Both the position numbers and the translations under genes were made by a program. From positions 32,001 to 96,000 of the IMG/VR virus record IMGVR_UViG_3300037067_013742: a stretch of 64,000 bases of DNA. One strand, given 5' to 3'. The notes beneath the pieces are model-generated. The model saw only the letters and a list, made by a program, of their open reading frames with translations. It was not told the origin of the DNA and did not search any database. The stretch comes from a virus. Taxonomy: Duplodnaviria; Caudoviricetes. This document shows positions 35,401-44,458 of this stretch, piece by piece. The first letter of the stretch is position 1. Every line of letters starts with the position of its first letter.

Positions 35401-36823
35401 TAAAGCTCATAGGATGGGGGTCGGAATTACCCTTGGAGGTCTGACCGCAGCTGGATTAGTAGCTACTGGATGGAGCAGGGCTAGGGCTGATGAACACGAT
35501 TATGCTTATTCGTCTCCTCATGGAGCTTTATATCGGCGGTCACACCCTAGAGCTTTAGAAGGTTTTAGAGCTGGTGGTATGAACGAAAGTCGGAGGAGGG
35601 AATACTCTGACTTTGGTACTGGGCGTGACGCAGTTAGAGGTATAGCTCAGGCCCTTAAGGCAGTCAATGGCTCTGCTCGCAAGATTGGTAAGCGAGCTTT
35701 CCAAGAGTTTCTAGCAGAGCCAGAGTTCCAAGAAGCTCTTAGGACAGGAGAGATAATAGGGAAGCGCGGAGAGGGTGGCTTCGGCTCTGTCTACGAGATG
35801 AAGCAGGTTTATAAAGGTCATACTTTTAAGTATGCCGCAAAGGTTTACGACGACGCGTCTTCCCTAGAGGAAGAGGTTCGTTTTGCAAAAAAGCTTCAAG
35901 ACACTTATACCCCAACAATTTACGGTAAGGGGGAAACAACGACAATTGGTCGTCGGCCTGGTGATAAGCCGGGAAGTGTTGTTTTCATGGAACTTATCGA
36001 AGGCGAGACTGTTGAGCAAAAGATAGCAAAAGGTGAGCTCACTAAAAAAGCAGCCAAGAGTTTAAAGCAGGGAATGGCAGAGGCTCATAAGCAAGGGCTT
36101 GTTCACGGAGATCCCAACATCAAAAACTTTCTAGTAAACCAGTTTGACGAGACGATTATCATCGATGCTATGCCTACATCTTCTAAACTTCCGGGCTTAG
36201 GTGGAAAAACAGGTCACTACGCTAATGAAGTTGGAAGAGTGGCTGATGACTTATCAGTTGAGATGATACTTGGTCATTCGTCCGGTCAGGATATTGAGGC
36301 CTTAAAGCTTTCTACATTTGGAGCGGGGCAAGCGGTCCCTGGTATTATGCAAATGGCAAAGGACCCAAATAAATTCCATAAGTGGGCAACAGGTTTGGCA
36401 AGGGGTCAAAAGTGGGGGTCATCATTTAAAGAAGTTATGTCTCGAGTTTCTTCTCAAACAAGAGAGGCCATCAGGAGAAGTACGCCAGAAGCTTTTGATA
36501 TAGCTGAGGATATCGCCGCGAAAGAGCATTTATATAAAAAGCCAATTTCGGCAGGAGCTCCTCCAGTTTTAAAGAAGGGTGTGGGACAGGGAGATCTACC
36601 TGATTTGGCTAATCTGAAGAATGATCTCTTTATAGCAGAAAAAACCAGGGCTCAGGAGGCCAGTAACTATGCCCAAAGTGTAAACCTAAAAAGTCGAGCC
36701 AGGGAGCGATTACATCAGGCCGCAGTCGAAAGCCAACATATGAAAACTCATCGGTCTAGTCAGATGTCGCAGGGAGTTTCTCCGGTTATAGATAATAACT
36801 ATCTTGTAACTCCAAGAAGATAG
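32432..36823 (+). CDS. multidomain protein: DEDDy exonuclease-like + hydrophobic segments + protein kinase-like
   Basis: YDIET / NNQSFD / YSIRD; GEGGFGSVY, YAAK, MELIEG, HGDPNIKN; three DFG(S/T)G repeats. Confidence 0.75.
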   Translation: MPFKGFLFYDIETRLPSGYDKPFSESAKRAHQLWGFQYKVTGLDPVESVTEKTRMLLANPTKFLSRNKSKEAEFSLLKKVSRKFNPDLVGVGWNNQSFDAPVLGHSFGRAKAGGAFAKTRQVDLMVEAQKAFEKIYGFKGGRPFSLRAFTNDLIEVVTEGLSVEDKAFYLARWKISGGKGKIALRSGEELSGENYWKALGEKGKGSALRSAHKYSIRDVDILPFIEAHTRLAHHAIDGSVEVNMRLLKKMKRYEQAEAAVKAFPELFNGSNKNGPRIQLTSEETTGKSWLSKWMRDEGKRGKLGLVTGDVAWIANDRRVAGSRSGIVAAQIKYRGEYHRFDLTSQSGKLGMYQLQQKMALEIGDTRALKNLEKRIAHLTYQTPFSAINPKIAKGPAAKIGTRLARRSILSPELREIFSLGGATRREMLAPRLEGMRAVEIVQNYLKKKEIPLLRTGDDVRNFLVSRKMNVSEATKAAEEITNTGKLGSSFRKEGIEGVYVASREKLASMGYKKPGLTGATIAVHEALEGQIRSSGGLDEAWKTVSSHTSHRIYGAEMEFAAMLGPDAVRELSLRRGREIAQLAGKLGTPELKSAENYLSNLPKLYHQILTNRGYSKEEVSEFIEPFLHAPISGKASSVAKAASQPAKLGEQAAHTLDALGPESRLFKLSKGIPLAIGTAIGADVLLSKDKTGPFWGGVAAIGALVGSGFLAKGMSGGRRAGLAGAAYLVTRLIVGGIAGSMDAGHDPAIEGLNESGFAGTRSLETDFGSGWKGLASQRQLRSIFAGDHHISLFGPARARVGLASAHNSIIEGLHDNGFSAGLRHRTTDFGSGFSRAARTAVEKLGKFFGRARRATTSSTVKAVETIIPEVPEGFARALDRTEEEASVIWTSPAAQRWWNWRTSQSAERINEPTEAILNALPNKQIPKTLTPRTLGASESQVISPAQTTTKSLDKISGQFAKSHNPEIIPGTPKNPVSGAGEPVNDAKSWLKAHRMGVGITLGGLTAAGLVATGWSRARADEHDYAYSSPHGALYRRSHPRALEGFRAGGMNESRRREYSDFGTGRDAVRGIAQALKAVNGSARKIGKRAFQEFLAEPEFQEALRTGEIIGKRGEGGFGSVYEMKQVYKGHTFKYAAKVYDDASSLEEEVRFAKKLQDTYTPTIYGKGETTTIGRRPGDKPGSVVFMELIEGETVEQKIAKGELTKKAAKSLKQGMAEAHKQGLVHGDPNIKNFLVNQFDETIIIDAMPTSSKLPGLGGKTGHYANEVGRVADDLSVEMILGHSSGQDIEALKLSTFGAGQAVPGIMQMAKDPNKFHKWATGLARGQKWGSSFKEVMSRVSSQTREAIRRSTPEAFDIAEDIAAKEHLYKKPISAGAPPVLKKGVGQGDLPDLANLKNDLFIAEKTRAQEASNYAQSVNLKSRARERLHQAAVESQHMKTHRSSQMSQGVSPVIDNNYLVTPRR

Positions 36824-36881
36824 TCTTAACTAGCCTTGATACAATTATTTATATATCCTATACATAGTACGGAGAATTTGA

Positions 36882-37589
36882 ATGGCCTCAGCTAAAGCAG
36901 TTAAAGGAATAGGAACAAGGGTACTTGATTGGGCCGCGGGAAAAGTCGGTCCTCTTGTTGATAAGTATAAAGGAGCTTCTCCAGGATCGTTAGCTTTGGG
37001 AGTAGCTCGTGGAGCTCTGGGGTTCGCTGTTTCTCATCCGGCAGCTATGATGGCCGGAGCTGGAGCTATTGGTGGATATGCAACAACTGGAAACGCCGCT
37101 GGGGGCTTTGCTGGTGCCGGGATTGGCTATCTAAGTGGAAGAAAAGGTTGGGGGAAAAACGATTCTTCTTTTGCAAGGAGGATGGCTAGAGAGTCAGTTT
37201 ATTCAGCTCAGTTAGCAGTTGCCTCTCCAGAAGGTAGGAAATGGATGAGAGGGGGTGTCGCCGCTACTAGGAAGGCACACCCAAAAATAAGTAGAGGAGA
37301 AGCATTCAAGCGATTTGCCACATCACAAGGACGAGCAACCGGGGTTGACGTTGGTAGACAGTGGTCCATTCAACAAGCCGGCCACGTTAAGGGCTGGAGC
37401 CGAGGGCTTAAGATGGCTACGGTAGCTGGGGTTGCTGGTATTGCTGCTGGTGGAACCAAGATGGCTTGGGGTATTGGAACGGACGTTTTTGGTAGCCGTA
37501 AAACTGGTAATTCTTATGGAGCCGAGCGTACCAGTGGCTACGGAGCCTCTTTTAGCGGGATGGGTAATGGGATTGTTGGTGGGTACTGA
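36882..37589 (+). CDS. Gly/Ala-rich basic protein, possible internal virion protein
   Basis: Glycine-zipper-like segments; GGAG RBS. Confidence 0.55.
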   Translation: MASAKAVKGIGTRVLDWAAGKVGPLVDKYKGASPGSLALGVARGALGFAVSHPAAMMAGAGAIGGYATTGNAAGGFAGAGIGYLSGRKGWGKNDSSFARRMARESVYSAQLAVASPEGRKWMRGGVAATRKAHPKISRGEAFKRFATSQGRATGVDVGRQWSIQQAGHVKGWSRGLKMATVAGVAGIAAGGTKMAWGIGTDVFGSRKTGNSYGAERTSGYGASFSGMGNGIVGGY

Positions 37590-38437
37590 TGACTGAACCA
37601 GTTATGCCGGCCGGAGTTAGTGCTGAAGAAGCTGCTGCCGCCCAGAATTGGGAGGCTATTCGTGGAAGAATTGGTAACTGGGGAGATAGTGTAGGTCGTA
37701 AGGCCTTTGGAATGAAGGGGGACGTTACTTGGGGGCAGCACTTTTCCAATGCGGCTATGCAGAGCCGACTTGTTGAAGCCGGTTATCTTACGAAGCCCGG
37801 TAGATTTGGTGTAACGAGAGCTCTTGCTAAAGGAGCCGGTCAGGGCTGGCTAAGTGCCTTCTTCCCTGTGTCTCCTCCTATTCCTGCTGGAGGAGCAAAA
37901 GCGGGGAGCAAGATCTTATCTGCACTTCCAAAGGCGTTAAGAGCTCCGGTGGGTATGGTTGGTCGAACTGCCTTAAAGTGGCTTGGGCCAGTTATAACGA
38001 CCTATCGACTTGCTACCGAAACAAAGGGGCTTGGAACTATAGGAAAGATAGATAAGTCCGCTCGGATCTTAGGAGAGGAGGGAGCTTGGGCTGCTGGCGC
38101 TGGCATTGGCGCTGTTTTGGGTTCTGTCGTTCCGGGTATTGGGACTATTGGGGGTATGATTGTGGGCGCTGGTATTGGTTACGTCGGTTCCAAGGCCTGG
38201 AACTTTGGTCTTGACGTAGCAGAGGCTCCAATCCGTATGGCAGCGAGAGGGTGGAATGCTCTTGAGGCCAAAGGTCGTCAAGCAAAGAGGTTAGAGTTAG
38301 GCGGGAGAGTATCTTTAGGAAATACTACTAGTGCTGCTGCAACAATGAGGCAGAGGGCTATTGGAGAGATCTATCGTTCTGGTATTAACCAAAGAAGTAT
38401 TCTTGGCAGAGAAGCTTCTTACATGCATACTCGATAG
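37589..38437 (+). CDS. Gly/Ala-rich protein, possible internal virion/ejection protein
   Basis: GAVLGSVVPGIGTIGGMIVG zipper; TGATG coupling. Confidence 0.55.
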   Translation: MTEPVMPAGVSAEEAAAAQNWEAIRGRIGNWGDSVGRKAFGMKGDVTWGQHFSNAAMQSRLVEAGYLTKPGRFGVTRALAKGAGQGWLSAFFPVSPPIPAGGAKAGSKILSALPKALRAPVGMVGRTALKWLGPVITTYRLATETKGLGTIGKIDKSARILGEEGAWAAGAGIGAVLGSVVPGIGTIGGMIVGAGIGYVGSKAWNFGLDVAEAPIRMAARGWNALEAKGRQAKRLELGGRVSLGNTTSAAATMRQRAIGEIYRSGINQRSILGREASYMHTR

Positions 38438-38493
38438 TACATCAACCTACATCATTCCTATCGTAACTACAGTGGTGTGATACACTTTCTCTT

Positions 38494-41400
38494 ATGAGTA
38501 CAGATGCTTCGACTATTTTTTCTGGGCGCATAGGAATTCCAAAGAACTTACATCCAGCTTGTGAAGCCTGTATTGCTAATGCAAGAGAGAAATATACTGG
38601 CTTTATGTCGGACGAGGGTACTTATCACAAAGACGGTTTTGCGGTAAATTGTCCCTATATCCCCCACGACGAAAAGTATTTTCCTGATAAGTTTAAATCT
38701 CAAATGTCTCCAGAAGAATGGGCACTAATGAACAGCCTTAAATCTCCTCTATTATGGGGAGAGGCTAATCTAGTAGACCCAGATAATGGAAAGCCTTGGA
38801 AGGCTTGGGATTATCAGAGGGCTCCTCTTCTTTGTGCAAGTCCTAGAAAATGTTATAGATTTGGTAGGAGAACTGGTAAATGTAGGACCCGAGATTCCGA
38901 TATAACTCTTGCTGATGGGTCAATCAACAAGATGGGAGATTTAGTAGGTCATACATTTTCGGTATGGTCTATAGATCCTAATACTTTTAAATATACGAAA
39001 GTGGCTGCAACGGCTTTTGAGAACGGGGATCAACCTTGTGTTAGGGTTGGAACAAAGTATGGTCATATAATCGAATGTACTCGAAATCACCCTTTTCTAA
39101 CTTGTGATGGTTGGGTTTCTGTAGAAACTGGCTTATCTATAGGCAATAGAATTGCGACACCAATTACAAACCCAAACATTGGGAGTGAGGTGTTTGATAA
39201 AAGGTTACTTTCTCTTCTTGGATATCTTCTTGGAGACGGCAGTTTTTATGATGGATCTAGTTTGGATGTTAGATTTACGGTTTCTATAGAAAGAGAGGAT
39301 GTTCTACAGCATTTTTTGTCTCTACTAAATGGAACATATCGTATTAACAAAAAAGTTCATAATAATTGTAATTGTATAGCTCTTCATATGGATAATGATA
39401 TTGTGTCTATTATCCAAGAGCTTGGGCTTAGGGGGAAAAACTCTCACACCAAATTTATTCCCCCTTTTGTCTTCAAACTTAATTCGGAATGTATTGTAGA
39501 GTTTTTACGACCATTATTTACAACAGATGGGTGGTCGGACAATAGAGGGAATATCGGATACTGCTCAGCATCAAAAGAGTTGGCCACTGGTGTTAAACGA
39601 CTTCTTTCAAGATTGGGAATCGTTTCATCTATAAGGATTAAAACTATAAAGAGTGGAAGGTATTCTGGAAACGAGTATTATACTGTAGACATATGTAACT
39701 ATTCTGAAACAAAAAAGTTCGAGGAGATTATTGGTCTTAAGTATAAGGGCTATAAATATTCTACTTCTTCAGATAGAAATTCTTATAACTCTCAGCTACG
39801 ATCAATGCCAAAAGAGTTTTCGTTTAAGTTTGCGAAGAAGTTAAGAAGGGTTGTCAACACTGTAAAACAACGGAATTCTTTTGGTTATATTAGAGAAGAC
39901 CATGCCGTTGGAAGAGAAGTTCTCACTAAATGGGCAGAAGATCGCCCGGAATATTTTAAAGATGAGCTAACGCTTCTTAATTCTGATCTCTATTGGGATG
40001 AGATTGTTTTTATTGAGGATATAGGAATAGTCCCTACAGTTGGATTAAGCGTTCCAGGAACAGAAAATTACGTAAGTGATGTGGTAGAGCATAACAGCAC
40101 GATCCTTGCCGTAGAGATTCTTTGGTATCTTTTTACTTCTGGTGGGGGAAGGCTACGCGATCCCGATACTGGTCGTGTTCGTCAAAATCTAACGGTAATG
40201 TTATTAGCTCCACAAAAGGTTCACGTAGATAATATCTTCCAGAGAATTAGAGCCTTCTTGACTCTATCTCCAAAGCTTTCTAATAACGTAGCCGCTTCTC
40301 GTCGTGGTTCCCCTCAATATATAGGTTTAAAGACTAAGGATGGTGGAGATGGAAATGGTGTTTCTGGCTTTGCTTCTGGAGATGCTTCTGGTAGTAAGGG
40401 ACTGTCTGGTCGTGGTCAGGACGCTGACTTAATCGTTCTGGACGAAGGAGCGTTCGTATCAGAAGACGTTATGATGAACGTCATTAACCCCATTCTTTAT
40501 ACTCGGCCAACTACATCGTTTATCGTCTCTTCAACTCCTTCTGGTATTTCGGGCGACTATTTCGAAAAGGTTTGTACTCGCAGACCAGACTTTGTAGAGT
40601 TCTATGTTCCCGCCTCGATGAGACCTGACTGGGATAAGGTTAAAGATCAAGTAAGAAAGGACTTCGGTTCTTCTCAAGATGAGTGGAATAAAGAGGTTAT
40701 GGCGGAGTTCTCTCCTGCTGGTATTGGTGTTTATAGAGACGACTTAGTAAAGCTCGCCCAGTCTGACTATGCTTATGGAGATATGCATCGTCATGACGGA
40801 TATATCTATACTTTTGGTATCGATTGGAATAAAGAGCATGGAACTGAGATTGCTGTAGTTGCAACAGCACGTTCTGCTCCTCACGTTTCGTGGACTGCCT
40901 TTACAGAAAACATTCCTAAGGAAGAGTTTACTACTCCTGCTGGCATACAGAGAGTTGTAGAGCTTAATAGGATTTGGCGACCTATGTGGATCTACGCCGA
41001 TGAAGGTGGTGGAGATGGCGCGGCAATGCTTCGTCATCACGGCCGAATGAGCGTTGGCAAGAACCCAATAGACGCCGTCCTTAAGGACATTGTTAAGTCC
41101 TACGATTTTGGATCTAAGCTTGAGATTATTGAGGCTGACGGGACAATGGTTAAATATCCGGCTAAACCCTTTATGGTGGAAAACTCCGTGAAGAAGTTTG
41201 AGCTTGGTGAGTTTAAATATCCTCGTGGTGACTTGCTTCTAACTAAGCAGTTGAATAATTATGTTGTTGATCGGCGTACCCCAGCCGGGATTCCCGTATA
41301 TGCTGTCAAGGAAAAGAAGTGGGGCGATCATAAGTTGGATGCTGTTAACCTTGCTCTTATTGCAGTTAGGTTAGAACTTCCGTCCTTTACTCAAGGGTCA

Positions 41401-41637
41401 GTTGGTTCGATGGGTACTCCAGTTATTTATATCCCAACCGAGCAGGCAAAGAGTGAGCGGGCTATCCTCCCAATGTCTGTCCCAAACAGAAGACTTCCAG
41501 ATTCTTCTATACGATCAGATCCAACCTATGGTAAAAAGGTTGTGGTCCGTTATTGGGGTACGGAACCTAATGAGGCTATTGCAGAAGCTCGGGCGGGTCG
41601 GCGTAATCAACCTCGCGGCAGACGGTTTGGAAGGTAA
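38494..41637 (+). CDS. terL: terminase large subunit with intein
   Basis: Q motif WDYQ, Walker A GRRTGK|S, Walker B LIVLDEG, SSTP, nuclease GIDW and DHKLDA. Confidence 0.93.
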   Translation: MSTDASTIFSGRIGIPKNLHPACEACIANAREKYTGFMSDEGTYHKDGFAVNCPYIPHDEKYFPDKFKSQMSPEEWALMNSLKSPLLWGEANLVDPDNGKPWKAWDYQRAPLLCASPRKCYRFGRRTGKCRTRDSDITLADGSINKMGDLVGHTFSVWSIDPNTFKYTKVAATAFENGDQPCVRVGTKYGHIIECTRNHPFLTCDGWVSVETGLSIGNRIATPITNPNIGSEVFDKRLLSLLGYLLGDGSFYDGSSLDVRFTVSIEREDVLQHFLSLLNGTYRINKKVHNNCNCIALHMDNDIVSIIQELGLRGKNSHTKFIPPFVFKLNSECIVEFLRPLFTTDGWSDNRGNIGYCSASKELATGVKRLLSRLGIVSSIRIKTIKSGRYSGNEYYTVDICNYSETKKFEEIIGLKYKGYKYSTSSDRNSYNSQLRSMPKEFSFKFAKKLRRVVNTVKQRNSFGYIREDHAVGREVLTKWAEDRPEYFKDELTLLNSDLYWDEIVFIEDIGIVPTVGLSVPGTENYVSDVVEHNSTILAVEILWYLFTSGGGRLRDPDTGRVRQNLTVMLLAPQKVHVDNIFQRIRAFLTLSPKLSNNVAASRRGSPQYIGLKTKDGGDGNGVSGFASGDASGSKGLSGRGQDADLIVLDEGAFVSEDVMMNVINPILYTRPTTSFIVSSTPSGISGDYFEKVCTRRPDFVEFYVPASMRPDWDKVKDQVRKDFGSSQDEWNKEVMAEFSPAGIGVYRDDLVKLAQSDYAYGDMHRHDGYIYTFGIDWNKEHGTEIAVVATARSAPHVSWTAFTENIPKEEFTTPAGIQRVVELNRIWRPMWIYADEGGGDGAAMLRHHGRMSVGKNPIDAVLKDIVKSYDFGSKLEIIEADGTMVKYPAKPFMVENSVKKFELGEFKYPRGDLLLTKQLNNYVVDRRTPAGIPVYAVKEKKWGDHKLDAVNLALIAVRLELPSFTQGSVGSMGTPVIYIPTEQAKSERAILPMSVPNRRLPDSSIRSDPTYGKKVVVRYWGTEPNEAIAEARAGRRNQPRGRRFGR
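38881..40095 (+). mobile_element. intein with LAGLIDADG endonuclease in the TerL Walker A motif (405 aa)
   Basis: GK|CRTRDS, TRNHPF, LLGYLLGDG, FLRPLFTTDG, VVEHN|S. Confidence 0.92.
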
Positions 41638-41639
41638 GG

Positions 41640-42095
41640 ATGCTTAGTTTATATCGAGAAGTATCAGCTGGAACTTATGTCTCTTATAAAGAATATGGAG
41701 TAGAAGACGGTCTTCTTCCTATCGTTACTACTCATGACGGCGTTCTTGGTGAGGTTGTAGAGACAAAGATCTATGTACGGAATGATGATGTCGATGAGTT
41801 TTATACGGATATAACTGTAGTCCCGATATGCTTGACCTCACCTGATGAGGTTGATGGCGTCACTAGTGGTCATGGAATGAAGCTTCGTACAGGTAAGACT
41901 CGGCCAACCGAGGCGGAATGGGAGGCTACGGATTATGCAAATACGATATCTCTAGACGATATAGGAGCCTCTGGCGCTGGCGACGCAAATACCTATCTAC
42001 CAGTTTGGTATCGGGTTGAATGTCCAGCTGGGGCTTCGGCAGACAATAAAGAAAATGTTGTTCTTCGTATTTACTCTACAGCTCATCCGGTATAG
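41640..42095 (+). CDS. putative virion structural protein
   Basis: Beta-rich, between terL and portal. Confidence 0.55.
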   Translation: MLSLYREVSAGTYVSYKEYGVEDGLLPIVTTHDGVLGEVVETKIYVRNDDVDEFYTDITVVPICLTSPDEVDGVTSGHGMKLRTGKTRPTEAEWEATDYANTISLDDIGASGAGDANTYLPVWYRVECPAGASADNKENVVLRIYSTAHPV

Positions 42096-42097
42096 TC

Positions 42098-42502
42098 ATG
42101 CCAGAAAATATACCCTCAAAGAACCTTTCTCAAGATAGCATTGATCTTCTTCGTGGAGCTCCGGAGATCTCATATATAGAGCCAGAGCAGATATATCAAG
42201 CTCCTCCGCTCGACATTAGTGTCCCGACTACTACAATCAATCAAAGAGATCGTCTCAACGATATTGTTGATAGCGTTGATGTTTTACTAAAGCGTATAAG
42301 TTCTTTGAAGAGTGAACTAGATACGAGGTGCAAGAAGTTTAGCGCCTCTGCATCTGGAAGCAAAGGCTCTCCTTTATATCAGGCGATGTTTCGCGTCTTT
42401 AACGAGAAGACGGAGACTGTAACTTATGACCATTATAAGAGGGCTTTAGATATCCGCAAGACACTTGCCGAAGAAGATGCGAAGGAGCTTAAAGCTAAAT
42501 GA
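42098..42502 (+). CDS. hypothetical protein
   Basis: Tiled ORF. Confidence 0.6.
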   Translation: MPENIPSKNLSQDSIDLLRGAPEISYIEPEQIYQAPPLDISVPTTTINQRDRLNDIVDSVDVLLKRISSLKSELDTRCKKFSASASGSKGSPLYQAMFRVFNEKTETVTYDHYKRALDIRKTLAEEDAKELKAK

Positions 42503-42795
42503 CCTTTTTTAATCTGAACCTGGATCGATATAGGGCCTGGACGATCCAGCAGCTCTACTATCTTCTATATCCTTATATAAAGGATGACTTTATGGGTCGG
42601 CAAGATTGTCAGGCTGTACATACTCTAGGCAATATGATCGCTGGAGACGCTACAGTAGCCCACGTCACTTTTAGTGGCGGGGACGATACTCTCGCCAATA
42701 TAAAAGAGCGGGAGTATGAGCTTCTCGCAGAAGAGGGCGGAGTCACTCTATCTACTGCTCAGGAAACTGGCGAGACTACTGGATTTAGAGAGTAA
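42499..42795 (+). CDS. hypothetical protein
   Basis: ATGA overlap, AGGAG RBS. Confidence 0.6.
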   Translation: MTFFNLNLDRYRAWTIQQLYYLLYPYIKDDFMGRQDCQAVHTLGNMIAGDATVAHVTFSGGDDTLANIKEREYELLAEEGGVTLSTAQETGETTGFRE

Positions 42796-42797
42796 TA

Positions 42798-44453
42798 ATG
42801 GGACTTAGGGATAAAAATCCTTTAATCGATTCAGATCTAGAACTTATCATCACTACCTTTGAAAAGGCGATGATAAAGAGTCGTGATTCTGATAGCGTCC
42901 TGGTTCCTTTTAGACGTCATCTAAATGTTATGGAGGCCCTTCCTACCTCTATCAAGAAGTCAATCAATGATGTCCCAAATCCAGCGAGTGGAGTCGAGCA
43001 GTCTAACGTGGCAATGGCGCCAGCTCCAGATAGTATTATCACCCCTGAGGGAGCGGCTAGCGTTGACTCTGAGTCAAAAGAAGACTCTGAAGATGATGCC
43101 GAGTGGAAAGAAAAAGTTAAGGAGTTACTCGAAGACTGTATCCCCTGTGACTTCAGAAGTTTAACCTCTCTGGATGCCGAGTTCTTTAGTGGGATCGCCG
43201 ATAAGTGGGAGTCCGCTATTGATAAAGCTGGTGAGAGCCTAGATTCGCTAGAGGGTATCTTAGATGGATACAAAGATAAGTTTACCGGTTTGGTGGACCA
43301 GGCTGATGAATTAGTTGATGATATCAAGGCTATAGGGGAGGGTACTACTGAAGAGGGTAAGACCATTTCGGGAGATATAGTTAGTCCCCTCCAAAATATC
43401 TGTGAGATTGGAAATAGTCTAAAAGGTCAGTGCATCCCAGATATAAAGAAAATGATCTTTATGATGGAGATGTTCCTTACTGATATGGAGAACCAGTTCT
43501 CTCTAGACTTAGGTATTGCTGACAGCTTCCTAACTTCTCTATTATCTCCGTTATTTAACGAGATGGTTGGAAATCTCGATATTATTGATGAGCTTGCCCT
43601 GGGTCCAATCAGGTGTGTTCTTAATAGTATCGAACAACAGATTATGCGTGGGGGAGAAGTTGCCGCGCAGGGCTTTGAGTCAGCTACTAATGTTGCCGAA
43701 TCTAGAAATGTCGTAGGGCGGGTTGCAACGAGACGCTCTCAGGAAGACTCCAACTCGATCTTTAATAGTCAGGCAAATCAGACTCCCGCTCGAAGTACTC
43801 GGATGACAAGAGCTGAAGAGCTTGCAGAAAGAGCACAAGCCGAGCAATCAGCCTTAAGACAAAGAGCAGAACGACAAGCTCAACGTGGGAGCGAAAGAAT
43901 TAACAGCGCCTTTGATCGAATGCGTGAGGCTACGACGTTTTTAGATCGGTTTAAGCGTTGTCTACAAACTGCCTTTGACTATCTGGAAGATAAAAAGGAT
44001 TGGTTGATAAATCTTCTAGAAGAACTTGTTTCTACTGGTGACGAGCAGTTTAGCAATAACCTCTCTTTCGCACAGAATAAAAAGGACCTTCTAGAGAACA
44101 TTGCTATCATGAAAGCTCTTGTCGATGCGGCTAAAGCTGGTGGCTTTTCTTGTGGGCCAGAAACTGACTCAATGACTGAGAGTGAGCTTGAGGTCTTCTT
44201 TACGATGTACCAACATCCCTCGGAGTCTTTGGATATATCTGTAATTAATGGTAACATCGTCGTCAGAAGGAATCCAGATGGGCAAAGTGGCTCTGATGGT
44301 AACACTGTGACTACCGGAGCTAGTAGCTCAGGCGCTTCTGGACTTGGAAATATTGTTGTCCAAAGACCGATTTCTTCTTGTTTGAAGAAGGTTACTGCTG
44401 AAGAGGCCGATCAGGTACAGCAGTGGATCGCACAGCTCGAACAGGAAGGCTAG
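42798..44453 (+). CDS. acidic helical protein, putative structural
   Basis: 551-aa ORF with coiled coils, directly before portal. Confidence 0.6.
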   Translation: MGLRDKNPLIDSDLELIITTFEKAMIKSRDSDSVLVPFRRHLNVMEALPTSIKKSINDVPNPASGVEQSNVAMAPAPDSIITPEGAASVDSESKEDSEDDAEWKEKVKELLEDCIPCDFRSLTSLDAEFFSGIADKWESAIDKAGESLDSLEGILDGYKDKFTGLVDQADELVDDIKAIGEGTTEEGKTISGDIVSPLQNICEIGNSLKGQCIPDIKKMIFMMEMFLTDMENQFSLDLGIADSFLTSLLSPLFNEMVGNLDIIDELALGPIRCVLNSIEQQIMRGGEVAAQGFESATNVAESRNVVGRVATRRSQEDSNSIFNSQANQTPARSTRMTRAEELAERAQAEQSALRQRAERQAQRGSERINSAFDRMREATTFLDRFKRCLQTAFDYLEDKKDWLINLLEELVSTGDEQFSNNLSFAQNKKDLLENIAIMKALVDAAKAGGFSCGPETDSMTESELEVFFTMYQHPSESLDISVINGNIVVRRNPDGQSGSDGNTVTTGASSSGASGLGNIVVQRPISSCLKKVTAEEADQVQQWIAQLEQEG

Positions 44454-44458
44454 AGCAG

